This document shows, in pieces, positions 37,712 through 48,131 of a DNA stretch of 64,000 nucleotides. Below the pieces are notes generated by a model, which had not been told where the DNA came from, searched no databases, and saw only the letters and a program-made list of their open reading frames with translations. Origin of the DNA: Candidatus Parcubacteria bacterium (GTDB lineage Bacteria > Patescibacteriota > Microgenomatia > UBA12405); assembly GCA_023443725.1 (NCBI GenBank), contig JAEZTF010000010.1, positions 29,948-93,947 on the forward strand. The letters run 5' to 3'. The position numbers and the translations under genes are program-made. The stretch's first letter is position 1; the number at the start of each line of letters is the position of its first letter.

Positions 37712-39136
37712 TCAATTCAGTTTGTTTACCTTATAAACTACCCACTTAGAATTTTCGATCTGCCAATAATTGTCAGGAGAATCTTTTCTAAAATGACTCA
37801 TCTCGTAAGCTGGGTCTTCTCTTATTTTGTCCCATGAGTTGTAACTGATCACATATAATGTTTTTGGATTTTGATAATCGTCAGACGCTAAGGGATATAT
37901 GTTTTGAACTTTCAAAAGATCTCGAAATCGACTACCTTTGGTGTTGCCGTCTGGACTTTGTAAAACTACTAGATTAAAAGTATTACTATTTGATTGAGAC
38001 AAATCATTTTTAATAATATTAGTTATTTTATTTAGAGCCTCTATATTATTAGTTGAATCATTTTGAAAAAGTATTTTTGGTAAAGAAAGCAAACTACTAA
38101 TGATAAGACTGATAATAATTAATCTGGAAATGTTTGATTTTAAATTTTTTGCTAACCATAAAATAAAAAACAAAATAGCTGGAATTAAATAACGATTAGC
38201 AATAGGTGAAGAAATAAAAGACAAACCTAAAAATTGAAATAAAATAGGTATTAAAAATAAGTTTAAGGAGGTTTTTTTTAAACGTATATTTTTAACAAAA
38301 AGTATTGTTGATAGTAATAATATTATCCAGATAAATATTTTGTTTCCATAAGATATGTATTGAATAAATTGTAACGGAGTGTTGATAAATTTAATAAAGA
38401 AATTGATTATACTGAAATGGCTATTGGATGAGATAGGACTAAAATATAACATTCGACTTAAGAATAGTCCTGGTGGATGGGTAATATCGAAAATAATGAA
38501 AGGAACGATAGAAATAAATAATCCAATTAAATACAAAATAATATCTTTTATCTTTTTATTTTTTTTATAAACAAGAAAAACTAATCCTAAACAAAAAAAT
38601 ATTGAATACCAATGTTGGTGAACTGTTAAACCAAATATTATGCCACTAATTAATATATTTAGAGGAAAATTTGAATTGAGAATTAATATTCCTAGAATTT
38701 GCCAGAATGGAATAAAATGTGGATTCCATGCCCATCTAGAAGTTTCTACATAAGGAGAAAGTATAACTGGTAATAAAAAAATAGGTAACCATTTTATTTT
38801 TTCTTTTTTTAAAAATAACCAAATTAATAAAACAGTCAATGAACCGTAAAAAGCAGTAGCCAAAGCTGGTCCAAGAGGATTGTTTTTTGAAAAAAATACA
38901 AATGGTAGAGAAATATAATATGTTAACGAACTAAAAATACCAGTGTTGCCTTCAGCAATTGGCCCAATAAGGGTGATATCTTTTTGATCAATAATTCTTT
39001 TTATGCTTACTAAATCACTTGATTCATCACGAGTAAATCTGGCCGTGATTTTAAGATTATAAAATCGAACAAAAATAGTGAATATAAATATCAAAAATAA
39101 TAGAAGTATTTTTTTATTTAATTTTATTTTTTTCAT
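37712..39136 (-). CDS. GT-C fold glycosyltransferase (PMT/ArnT-like, GT39/83-type).
   Basis: At least 11 TM helices. First-loop DE motif FTRDESSDLVS. Confidence 0.6.
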   Translation of the reverse strand: MKKIKLNKKILLLFLIFIFTIFVRFYNLKITARFTRDESSDLVSIKRIIDQKDITLIGPIAEGNTGIFSSLTYYISLPFVFFSKNNPLGPALATAFYGSLTVLLIWLFLKKEKIKWLPIFLLPVILSPYVETSRWAWNPHFIPFWQILGILILNSNFPLNILISGIIFGLTVHQHWYSIFFCLGLVFLVYKKNKKIKDIILYLIGLFISIVPFIIFDITHPPGLFLSRMLYFSPISSNSHFSIINFFIKFINTPLQFIQYISYGNKIFIWIILLLSTILFVKNIRLKKTSLNLFLIPILFQFLGLSFISSPIANRYLIPAILFFILWLAKNLKSNISRLIIISLIISSLLSLPKILFQNDSTNNIEALNKITNIIKNDLSQSNSNTFNLVVLQSPDGNTKGSRFRDLLKVQNIYPLASDDYQNPKTLYVISYNSWDKIREDPAYEMSHFRKDSPDNYWQIENSKWVVYKVNKLN

Positions 39137-40722
39137 TTTAATAATGAATCTTTGATTGGTTTTGTATTATGACAATTGTTATCTTTTGCTTGTCTAGTTT
39201 CTAGTAAAAAATCACCAAATTTAACTTGGTTTTTATAATCAGAAAAATATTCTTCAATTTTTAAATCTTCATTAATAATTTTTTCAGATAAACCATTAGC
39301 TGGTTCAACTACTCTAAATCTGATACATGTAGTGCCATTTGTTGGCGATGGTAAATTTCCTGGAAAGCCAAAGGTATTTCCTGTTTCCCAGAAAGGAAGA
39401 TAGCCATATTTTTTTTCTCCATAAAAATGGAATAAATATGCCCAAACTGTTTGGACTTTATAAGGTATTCCACTTAATCTGACGGTAAATCCATTGCCAT
39501 TGGCTTGTTGATATATATCATCGATTATTTTATATTCATCTGACAACTTCATATTTACTTGTGGTGCAAACTGAACAAGTAGACTTTTTGGTGATTGATA
39601 CTTAATTTGTTTTAAATTCCCCAATATTATTAATGCAACTAAAATGATTGCCAAGGGTTTATTAAATTTAAATAATTTTTCTAAAATGACGCTAACTAAA
39701 ATTAAAATTCCAACACTTAACCCAGCATTAGTGTAATAAGCTAAGTGACCTCCAATAAACATTAATATTACCCATCCAAGAATCCAAACTAAAAGTAAAA
39801 TATATTTTATATTTTTTCTAGCTTTGACAAAAAGCCACAAAGTAACAATAGAAATAATTATGTAGATAATTATTTTATTATCAATTAAGCCTAAAATATT
39901 ATCTTTAAACATTAATAAATATTTTTGTAAATATAAGGAATATTTTGATTCATTTGGATTTAAAATCCCGAAACCTTGTTGAAATAATGAAATTGCTAAT
40001 TTTATACTTCTAAACTTGTATTTCAGTTCTATTAATATATAAGTTGAGAGTATAAAAATGGTGGTAAAAAAGGAATATAAATAATATCTTATTTTTATTT
40101 TTTGTGCTTCTTTTTTGAATATTATTAAAATAATAAAAACTAATATAAAAGAGTAAACATACATTAAGTTGAATTGAGTGGCAATGGCTGCTCCGGTAAA
40201 CATTAGTAAAGGACTCCACTTTTCTTGTTTATCTTTGTTTAACAACCAACTAGCGCCATAAAAAATTAGAAGAATTGCTAAGACTGCCAGACTAGGGTTT
40301 CCAACATATATTGAATATTGAGTCTCTTCAAACGAAATAGCATAAAACAATGCTGATAATAAACCAACTTTTGAGTTAAAAATATTTTTGGCGATTATAA
40401 ATACTAGAAATACACCTAGAGCATTTATCAATCTAAATATGGCTGATATTAATAATGGGTTGCCATTTAACAAAAGATTTAATGGACCTATTAGATACCA
40501 AAAGAGAACTCCATGAAATAAACCTATATTACCTGATACTGGAGGCCCCATAAATTTTAAATCCCCTTTTAGATAAATGTCTTGGGAAATATAAATATCG
40601 CGAGCCTGATCGAAAGAAAAATAAATACTTTCTTTGAAAGAGTAAAATCTGACGATTATAGCAAAAATAAAAATAATGATTAAAAATAACCATTCATATC
40701 GTCTCATGGTTGATATTAGCAT
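39133..40722 (-). CDS. GT-C fold glycosyltransferase (PMT/ArnT-like), tandem paralog.
   Basis: Polytopic. First-loop FSFDQARDIYISQD acidic motif. A long C-terminal soluble domain. Confidence 0.55.
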   Translation of the reverse strand: MLISTMRRYEWLFLIIIFIFAIIVRFYSFKESIYFSFDQARDIYISQDIYLKGDLKFMGPPVSGNIGLFHGVLFWYLIGPLNLLLNGNPLLISAIFRLINALGVFLVFIIAKNIFNSKVGLLSALFYAISFEETQYSIYVGNPSLAVLAILLIFYGASWLLNKDKQEKWSPLLMFTGAAIATQFNLMYVYSFILVFIILIIFKKEAQKIKIRYYLYSFFTTIFILSTYILIELKYKFRSIKLAISLFQQGFGILNPNESKYSLYLQKYLLMFKDNILGLIDNKIIIYIIISIVTLWLFVKARKNIKYILLLVWILGWVILMFIGGHLAYYTNAGLSVGILILVSVILEKLFKFNKPLAIILVALIILGNLKQIKYQSPKSLLVQFAPQVNMKLSDEYKIIDDIYQQANGNGFTVRLSGIPYKVQTVWAYLFHFYGEKKYGYLPFWETGNTFGFPGNLPSPTNGTTCIRFRVVEPANGLSEKIINEDLKIEEYFSDYKNQVKFGDFLLETRQAKDNNCHNTKPIKDSLLK

Positions 40723-41318
40723 TATTTAAATAATTTATTGCTTTCTAATGGTTTCTCGATGATACTTTCAAAAAAATTTTTGATTAATTTTTGGGTGACA
40801 GGATAATCTTTTTTTTGAAAAGAAGTAATTATTTCTGGTGGTATTCCAAATCCTAAATTGTCTAAGAGTTTTATTTCATTGTCTATATATCGGTTGACTT
40901 GGTTTTTGTTGATAGATTCAATAATGTTTTTGGAAATAGAGTATATATTTTCGATTTGTTGATTTTCAGCAATAAATCGATTGATTAGTTCTAAAAAATA
41001 AAACAGTAAATTTAATTGAGTTAAACTTTTATCTGTTTGAAGAAATTGACTAATAGTTTGAGCTTCAGATATCCAAAGAAAATCATTTTTTTGATAGAGG
41101 TGAACCTTGATAATATTACCTAATTGAAGACTACCAAGACGACTACTTCTAATGTTTTTAGCACCTTTAGCTAAAGCAACAATCTTTCCATCTCTTGGGG
41201 TTAATAAAGTAATTAAACTATCAACCTCTTTTGAATTACGATGATTAATAACAATCGCTTCTGTTGTTTTATATTTATCCATTAGAGAGATACTTTTATA
41301 GTTTTGTCGGCTGCCCAA
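40722..41318 (-). CDS. recO: RecO-like recombination mediator, short form lacking the zinc motif.
   Basis: N-terminal OB-fold pattern EAIVI...SKEVDSLITLLTPRDGKIVALAKGAKNIRSSRLG. The probable start is MDKYKTT. Confidence 0.45.
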   Translation of the reverse strand: MGSRQNYKSISLMDKYKTTEAIVINHRNSKEVDSLITLLTPRDGKIVALAKGAKNIRSSRLGSLQLGNIIKVHLYQKNDFLWISEAQTISQFLQTDKSLTQLNLLFYFLELINRFIAENQQIENIYSISKNIIESINKNQVNRYIDNEIKLLDNLGFGIPPEIITSFQKKDYPVTQKLIKNFFESIIEKPLESNKLFK

Positions 41319-43240
41319 CTAAAAGTATCCATTTTTTTACCATTGATAGTTAAATTATATTCAACGGCTTTAGTACCTGGTTGTTTTTGAAGTAACAAAG
41401 AATAAGTTGATCCAACTTTAACCCCAGATTTATATTGAACAGAAACTTTACTGCTGGATTTTGGATACAAAGGATATTTATCTCCATAAAAACCTTCAAA
41501 AACTTGTTTATCTAACTCTTCATATTGAACAGTTTCAACTTCTGATCCGGTCATTTTGATAAGAGTTGAACCTTTTGGTACATAAAATCTAAATAGATCT
41601 CTATACTTAGAAGCATTTAGACAAAGATCACCTTTTTCAAGATTACAATTGGAAGCAGCATATGGATTGGTATAAGTAACAGAAACTTTGTGTTCCGCAA
41701 CTCCATTTTTGATAGTAATATCATGATCAATTTTTTGAGTAATAAACATGTTACTTTTGGCGCTAGCAAAATTAGCATCATTAAGATGAAGGTAATCGAT
41801 GGTTTCTGGTGTTTGAGTAATTTGGCCACTAATATTAGCTGAATTTCCTACTTCAGCCATATTTTTATCAGTAAAATAAACTAAAATATGTTTTTCATTA
41901 ATATTTTTAAAGAAAGCTTCGATTAGGCTGGTCATTTTTGACTTTTCAGATCCCATAACATTGGCTAATAAAGCAGACATAAGAGGATTTAAGAAATCTT
42001 TTCGATTTGGTTCAATGTAGTTTCTAGGTCGACCAGCCATCCATTCAATTTCGTAAATAACAGAAGGACAACCATTACATCTATTGTCAGGTTCGGCAGT
42101 AAATGTACCAACTCTAGTATCTAATTTACCTAAAACTTTAATCATATCGGCTAAAAGTTGAGTATCAATAGCAATAACAGCATCAAATGATTCCTTTGAT
42201 TTACTAGCTTTTTGATAATTTTCTAAGAAAAGTTGAGCATCAGTTGGAAAGTCAGGAGATAGATTACTATCTCGAAGATAAAGACTAGGGACATTTATAT
42301 GATAAGAAGAAATTAAACGTGGAGCTTTACCGAGAGTGCCTAAACGATCATCTAAATCATAAATATTACTAGCGGTTCCTGGAGTTACTTTGCCGTTAGA
42401 AACTGTCATAGTACTATAAGCAGTCCAAAAACCACCACTTGGTCGAAGTTCACCATCGTTTTGGAAAACCATCAAATAATGTCGAGGATCATCTTTTCCT
42501 AACAACCAAGAAATTTTTGATAATAAAGGTTTACCATTTTTAACTAATTGACCAACTTGAGTGACACTTTCTTGGGCTTGAGATATTTTTGATCTAATTT
42601 CGATATTCTTAAATTTTTCAGGATAACGATTTGGATTAATTTGATTAAGCTCAGTTTCAATATTGGTAATTTTTGTGTCTAATTCGTCTAAATATGGAAT
42701 TAAACCTTCGGCAGATTCGGTCAAGAAAGTAATTCTATCAGCAGTAGTTTTTTCACTACTATCAGATCCACCTTTGATGCCAAGAAAATCTTGATACGGT
42801 TCAATGGCTTGAATAACTATTTGACCAGCATCTATACCTTGAAATGCAATATTAATAACTTTTTGACCATCTTGATAATATTTGTTTAATCCAGGAATTA
42901 TTTTTAATAATCCCATTTTTTTATAAGTTGATTCAATTGTTTTAGTGTCAGTTTCAATATTGACTAAACTTTGATTGACTTTGGCTAAATCTTTATCACT
43001 AATAGCTTGCTGAATTATTTGATATTCACTTTTTATAGAATTGACTTTGTTTAATATTTTCTTACCTGGAACGAGAACAGTGAAAAACAAAAGAGAAAGT
43101 ACTAAAGTTATGACAATCAAGAATATCGATAAGATAGTAATGATTTTTTTACCTTTGTTTTTTTTCATAGGTTTTATCAATGATGTGTTTACTACATCTG
43201 ATATTGGTTCAGTTTGAATTGGTTTAATAAAATTATCCAT
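41282..43240 (-). CDS. DUF4012-like membrane-anchored extracellular protein.
   Basis: N-terminal TM. RHYLMVFQNDGELRPSGGFWTAYSTMTVSNGK resembles the DUF4012 HYL..FQN.aE.R..GG signature. 652 aa. Confidence 0.5.
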   Translation of the reverse strand: MDNFIKPIQTEPISDVVNTSLIKPMKKNKGKKIITILSIFLIVITLVLSLLFFTVLVPGKKILNKVNSIKSEYQIIQQAISDKDLAKVNQSLVNIETDTKTIESTYKKMGLLKIIPGLNKYYQDGQKVINIAFQGIDAGQIVIQAIEPYQDFLGIKGGSDSSEKTTADRITFLTESAEGLIPYLDELDTKITNIETELNQINPNRYPEKFKNIEIRSKISQAQESVTQVGQLVKNGKPLLSKISWLLGKDDPRHYLMVFQNDGELRPSGGFWTAYSTMTVSNGKVTPGTASNIYDLDDRLGTLGKAPRLISSYHINVPSLYLRDSNLSPDFPTDAQLFLENYQKASKSKESFDAVIAIDTQLLADMIKVLGKLDTRVGTFTAEPDNRCNGCPSVIYEIEWMAGRPRNYIEPNRKDFLNPLMSALLANVMGSEKSKMTSLIEAFFKNINEKHILVYFTDKNMAEVGNSANISGQITQTPETIDYLHLNDANFASAKSNMFITQKIDHDITIKNGVAEHKVSVTYTNPYAASNCNLEKGDLCLNASKYRDLFRFYVPKGSTLIKMTGSEVETVQYEELDKQVFEGFYGDKYPLYPKSSSKVSVQYKSGVKVGSTYSLLLQKQPGTKAVEYNLTINGKKMDTFSWAADKTIKVSL

Positions 43241-43268
43241 AGATAAGTTTAAACAAAATTATTACAAA

Positions 43269-43907
43269 TTACCATCTAGAAAGCATTGACAACGGTGTTT
43301 TGATGATAATAGTTATTTCTTCTATAAAAGATTGTTTTTTAATATAATCAGCATCCATTTTGGCTCTTTGTCTAAAAGATATATCATTTCTTCCGGATGT
43401 TTGCCAAACACCAGTGATACCCGGTTTAGCAGAACGAATAATTTTTATATATTTTTTGGTATCTGGATACTTTTTTTCTTGTTCTTGAAGTTCTTCTTCA
43501 CGATAGGCACGTGGTCCAATTAAACTCATATCCCCTTTTAAGACATTAATTAATTGAGGAAATTCATCGATAGTTAAAGATCGAATCTTTTTACCTATTG
43601 GAGTAATTCTAGGATCTTCTGACATTTCCAACTTCCAACCATTTTCTTTATATTTTTTCCAAAGTTCAGGATAATTTTCTCTTAATCTTTTATCATTATC
43701 TCCAGTGTACATAGATCTAAATTTGTACATCCAAAATTGTTGACTGTCTTTGCCAACTCTTTTTTGTTTAAAGAAGATTGGTCCTGGTGAACTTAATTTA
43801 ACTAAAATCATGGTAACTATCATGATTGGAGAAAATATTATCAATAAAACTAATGAACCAGTAATATCGACAGTTCTTTTGAAAATTTGGAAAATTTGTT
43901 TTTTCAT
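43269..43907 (-). CDS. Small monotopic phosphoglycosyl transferase (Bac_transf/PglC-WbaP C-terminal type).
   Basis: KRTVDITGSLVLL...SPGPIFFKQKRVGKDSQQFWMYKFRSM...DEFPQLINVLKGDMSLIGPR. Confidence 0.85.
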   Translation of the reverse strand: MKKQIFQIFKRTVDITGSLVLLIIFSPIMIVTMILVKLSSPGPIFFKQKRVGKDSQQFWMYKFRSMYTGDNDKRLRENYPELWKKYKENGWKLEMSEDPRITPIGKKIRSLTIDEFPQLINVLKGDMSLIGPRAYREEELQEQEKKYPDTKKYIKIIRSAKPGITGVWQTSGRNDISFRQRAKMDADYIKKQSFIEEITIIIKTPLSMLSRW

Positions 43908-43908
43908 T

Positions 43909-44997
43909 TTAATTTAAAAAATATTTTTTTAATTTTTTCTTTTTGACTATTTGTCCAACAATATCTCTAACTTTAGCACTACCATTTTTAGAAATATTAC
44001 AGATTAATAAACCATCTGGAGTATCTATAACAGCTAAATTATTAACATCGATTAGACTAACTAACTTGTTTCCTGAAGTTGAAATAAGGCAATTTTTGGA
44101 ACCAATTTCTAAATGATCAATATTTTTATTTAAAACAGCGATGCCATTTTGATCTTTGTCTAATTGATTATAAATAGATTTCCACTCACCTACATCACTC
44201 CAATCAAATTCAGCTGGAATAACAAGCATATTTTTTGATTTTTCGGAGATAGCCTGATTAATATTAAGGTTTTCTGATTTGTTGTAAATTGATTCAACTT
44301 GTTTGGAATTAGGATTCTTTACAAGTTCTTCGAAAAATTCATAATATTCAGGATGAATTTTTTGAAATTCTTCTAACATAACATTTATTTTGAAAGTATG
44401 AATGTCTGAATTCCAAAAACTGTTTTTTTTAATTAATTTTTCGGCAGTATCTGAATCTGGTTTTTCAATGAAAAAACTAATATTGGCATAATGATCACTT
44501 TTCTGTTGAGGCACAATATATCCAAAAGATGGATTTGGCCAAGTTGGTCTAATACCGATAGTAATTATTTTTTCCATTTTTGCAGCTAAATTAAAAGCGT
44601 AGTTGATAGATTTTTTGAACTTAAGAGATTTTGTGATGTATTGATCTGAAGCACTAGTAGTAATAATAGCTGTTGGATCAAGTTGATAAATTTTGCTCAT
44701 AGCAAAAATATAAGCCATGGCAGTATTTTTTTTGGCAGGTTCGTATAGAAAATTTTCTAACGGTATTTTTTTACCAATTAATTTTTCCAATTTTTCTTGA
44801 TATTTCTGATTGGAAACAATAAAAATATTTTTTGAAGGACAAACTTTTTTAGCTCGATTAAGTGTTTGTTCAATAAGGCTTTTTTTGCCAATTAAAGTTA
44901 AAAATTGTTTTGGATGATTAGCTCTAGATTGAGGCCAAAGACGAGGACCAGTACCTCCACAAAAAATTACAAAATAGTGATTTGGTGTTGTTGCCAT
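43909..44997 (-). CDS. manC: Mannose-1-phosphate guanylyltransferase (nucleotidyltransferase).
   Basis: VIFCGGTGPRLWPQSRANHPKQF. Confidence 0.7.
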   Translation of the reverse strand: MATTPNHYFVIFCGGTGPRLWPQSRANHPKQFLTLIGKKSLIEQTLNRAKKVCPSKNIFIVSNQKYQEKLEKLIGKKIPLENFLYEPAKKNTAMAYIFAMSKIYQLDPTAIITTSASDQYITKSLKFKKSINYAFNLAAKMEKIITIGIRPTWPNPSFGYIVPQQKSDHYANISFFIEKPDSDTAEKLIKKNSFWNSDIHTFKINVMLEEFQKIHPEYYEFFEELVKNPNSKQVESIYNKSENLNINQAISEKSKNMLVIPAEFDWSDVGEWKSIYNQLDKDQNGIAVLNKNIDHLEIGSKNCLISTSGNKLVSLIDVNNLAVIDTPDGLLICNISKNGSAKVRDIVGQIVKKKKLKKYFLN

Positions 44998-46073
44998 AGT
45001 TGATCAATTTCTTGTTTAAAGTTTAACATAAAATTTTGAGTAGAAAATTGTTGAGCTTGTTTAATGCAATCGCTTTTTTTAAATTCTTTTGGATTGAATT
45101 TTTCTAAAACATGCGTAAGTGACTTAGTAGTTTGTTTTTCAAAAAACAAACCTGTTTTTTTATCAATTACAGTTTCGGTAATACCACCTTTTCTTAGGGC
45201 AATTACTGGTTTTCCACAAGCCTGAGCTTCAAGTGGAGTTAGACCAAAATCCTCTATTTGTGGGCAAATTAAAGCTTGACAGTTTTGATAAAGATCTAGT
45301 AATTTTTGAGCTGATACTTTACCAGTAAAAATAATATTTTTGTCTTTTAATTTATTTTTTAGATCAATTAAATCCTTTTTATCACGACCTTGACCTACAA
45401 TTATTAATTTTTGATTAAGTTTATGGCAAGCACGGATAGCTAAATCTATTTTTTTGTGACGAACTAATCGTGAAACAACTAAAAAATATTTTTCGATTGG
45501 CTTTTGAGTTGATGGCTTAAAAAAATTTATATTTACACCAGGGTAAATAATTTTGCTGAATCGATGATAATGTTCCAAAATTCGTTGTTGAACAGTTTTG
45601 GAGTTACAAAGCAAATAATCTGGCCTTTGGCCATAAATAAAATCGGTTTTTTGATATTTATTGAGCAATGGTTTTAAAAATTTAAATTGAAGTGGTGTTT
45701 GATAGGTGTAACGGTTGGTGTTGTGAAGATAACAAACAAAAAGAGTTTTTGGTGAAGTAATCAAACAATGACCGCAAACTTGAGTAGTAGAAATGACTAT
45801 ATCAAATTCAGAGAAATCAAATTGCTCTAGGGCTATGCCATAGAAAGGAGTGTGAAATAAACTGTTTTTTTTAGTTAAAGAAAATTTATCAATGACTGAT
45901 GGAATAATTTTGATTTTCTTGGGAAGCCATTTAGTTTTTTTGGAATTATAAATGGTAGTGAATAAAGTAGCTGAGGGATAAATTTTTAAAATATTAAGAA
46001 GAACTCTTTCGGCTCCACCCCATTGATTGAGCCAGTCATAAAAAATAGCAATCTTCAAGTTCTTATAATCCAA
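44967..46073 (-). CDS. GT4 glycosyltransferase.
   Basis: EDFGLTPLEAQACGKPVIA (EX7E-type). Confidence 0.8.
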   Translation of the reverse strand: MDYKNLKIAIFYDWLNQWGGAERVLLNILKIYPSATLFTTIYNSKKTKWLPKKIKIIPSVIDKFSLTKKNSLFHTPFYGIALEQFDFSEFDIVISTTQVCGHCLITSPKTLFVCYLHNTNRYTYQTPLQFKFLKPLLNKYQKTDFIYGQRPDYLLCNSKTVQQRILEHYHRFSKIIYPGVNINFFKPSTQKPIEKYFLVVSRLVRHKKIDLAIRACHKLNQKLIIVGQGRDKKDLIDLKNKLKDKNIIFTGKVSAQKLLDLYQNCQALICPQIEDFGLTPLEAQACGKPVIALRKGGITETVIDKKTGLFFEKQTTKSLTHVLEKFNPKEFKKSDCIKQAQQFSTQNFMLNFKQEIDQLWQQHQITIL

Positions 46074-46076
46074 TTT

Positions 46077-47210
46077 TTAGTTTTTAACTAATAATTTCTT
46101 ATAGACGGTAAATGTTTGTTGAGCAGTTTTGGTCCAAGAATATTTTTTGACTTGAAGATAACCTAATTTTATTAATTGGTTTCGTAATTCTTTTGATTTA
46201 TATAATTTATCGATTTGTTCAACCAAATCATTGGTATTATTAGGATCAAAATAAAGGACTGAGTCTTGATAAATTTCTGGAAGACAACTATTGTTTGAAG
46301 AAATTACAGGGCAACCAAGCGCCATAGCTTCTAATCCTGTTAAACTGAAACCCTCCATAAAAGATGGGTGGACTAAGGCTAAAGCTTGGCTATAAATTTC
46401 TCGAAATTGTTCGTCAGGAATGTAACCTAAAAATTCAACTCGTTTATTAAGGTGATATTTTTTAATCAAAACTTCAAGTCTTTCGGTAAAATAATTACGA
46501 GCACAAATAATTTTTAATTTTAAATAAGGTAATTTAGTTAAAGCTTCAATTAATATTGAAGGATTTTTGTGAGGGTAAAGATTGCCTGTATATATAATAT
46601 AAGGATTTTTTGAATTATATTTGATTTTTGATTGGCTTAATTGATTAATCTTGATTAAAAAATTTGGATCAACTGCTTCATGAGTAGTGGTTACTTTCTG
46701 AGGATCAAGATGAAACTTGTCAATTAAATAATCACGCCAAAAATCACTAGGAACAATAATAGAACTGGTTTTGATGGCAATATGAGTGGTAATGAGATAG
46801 AAAAAATGTTTGATCCAATAAATACTGGCATTTTTAGTAGTGTTGAGACGACCTTTAAAAAAATGTTTGATTAAATCATGAATAGTAACAATTGATTTAC
46901 CAAAATAAAAAATTGGTTTATTGAAATGAGTGAAATGAACTAAATCTGGATGAAGTTTTTTTATTAAGAAAGGTAAGAATATCTGTTCTTTAATAGAATA
47001 ATGTTTAATATTGGTGGTAACATATGCAAAATTATTACCTAAATCTTTCTTAATCTCAGTTTCTAGGTCGGGATAAATTATCAAAGTATATTGAAACTGA
47101 GAAAAACCAGGTTGGCCAACTAAAGCCTTAAGTAAATTTTTAGTATATCGACCGATACCAGTATGTTTAGGACCGTAAAGTCTGGCATCAATAACTATAT
47201 GTTGTTTCAT
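46077..47210 (-). CDS. GT4 glycosyltransferase.
   Basis: EGFSLTGLEAMALGCPVISS. Confidence 0.8.
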   Translation of the reverse strand: MKQHIVIDARLYGPKHTGIGRYTKNLLKALVGQPGFSQFQYTLIIYPDLETEIKKDLGNNFAYVTTNIKHYSIKEQIFLPFLIKKLHPDLVHFTHFNKPIFYFGKSIVTIHDLIKHFFKGRLNTTKNASIYWIKHFFYLITTHIAIKTSSIIVPSDFWRDYLIDKFHLDPQKVTTTHEAVDPNFLIKINQLSQSKIKYNSKNPYIIYTGNLYPHKNPSILIEALTKLPYLKLKIICARNYFTERLEVLIKKYHLNKRVEFLGYIPDEQFREIYSQALALVHPSFMEGFSLTGLEAMALGCPVISSNNSCLPEIYQDSVLYFDPNNTNDLVEQIDKLYKSKELRNQLIKLGYLQVKKYSWTKTAQQTFTVYKKLLVKN

Positions 47211-48130
47211 AAGTATTTAGCTTTGGTGGTGCGTTTTAATTCTAATAATCTAATCCCCCACATAACTAATTTTTGAATTGGTTTGGGATATTTTTTGATC
47301 AAATTTTTTTCGTAAAAGATTCTCATAGCATTGACGCTAGCTTGAGCTACTTTAACTTTTGTTTCTCGTGAAGCTTTTGACAGATGTTGACTTTTACTAA
47401 CTAAACCAGAAGAAACACCCTGGTAATGGGTAATCTTACAAGTAGGATTAAAAAATAGCTTAAATCCCTGTTTTTTAATTTGATAACAAAAATCCAGATC
47501 TTCACCATAAAAGAAATAATCTTCATTCCACCAACCAATTTTTTGACCAACTGAATATTTAACCATTAAAAAAGCACCAACACAGGCTTCAATTTGATGA
47601 ATTTTTGAGGTATCTAAATGGCCTAAAAAATATCCAGCAAAGAGACGTGATTTGGGAAATAATTTAGTTAGACCAGAAAAATAACAAAAAGCTCGCCAAG
47701 GAGTAGGAAATCCACGATGACATTCTGGTTGCATTTTGCCAGTTAGAGCTAAAGTTATATAGCAAGTAGCAGCATCGACCTTTTTATCTTGATCAAAGAA
47801 CTCAATCATATTTTTGAGAGTACTCGGATCAACAATAGTATCAGGGTTCAAAAACAAAACATATCTTGTTTTTGAATTGATTTTTTTAACACCTTGGTTG
47901 TTACCATGAGCAAAACCTTTATTATCAGTAAGAAGTAAATATTTGGTAGAAATTTTTTGATTATTTTCAACTAAATTTTTGGCTAATTGAATACTATTAT
48001 CAGTGGAATTGTTATCGACGATAATAACTTCAATTTTATAATCTCCTAATTTTGATTTATAAATACTTGCAAGACATTTTTGAAGATAATCTTGAGAATT
48101 ATAATTTAAAATAACAATTGAAAGATCCAT
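47207..48130 (-). CDS. GT2 glycosyltransferase.
   Basis: LSIVILNYNS...VIIVDNNSTDNS...FLNPDT. Confidence 0.8.
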   Translation of the reverse strand: MDLSIVILNYNSQDYLQKCLASIYKSKLGDYKIEVIIVDNNSTDNSIQLAKNLVENNQKISTKYLLLTDNKGFAHGNNQGVKKINSKTRYVLFLNPDTIVDPSTLKNMIEFFDQDKKVDAATCYITLALTGKMQPECHRGFPTPWRAFCYFSGLTKLFPKSRLFAGYFLGHLDTSKIHQIEACVGAFLMVKYSVGQKIGWWNEDYFFYGEDLDFCYQIKKQGFKLFFNPTCKITHYQGVSSGLVSKSQHLSKASRETKVKVAQASVNAMRIFYEKNLIKKYPKPIQKLVMWGIRLLELKRTTKAKYL

Positions 48131-48131
48131 A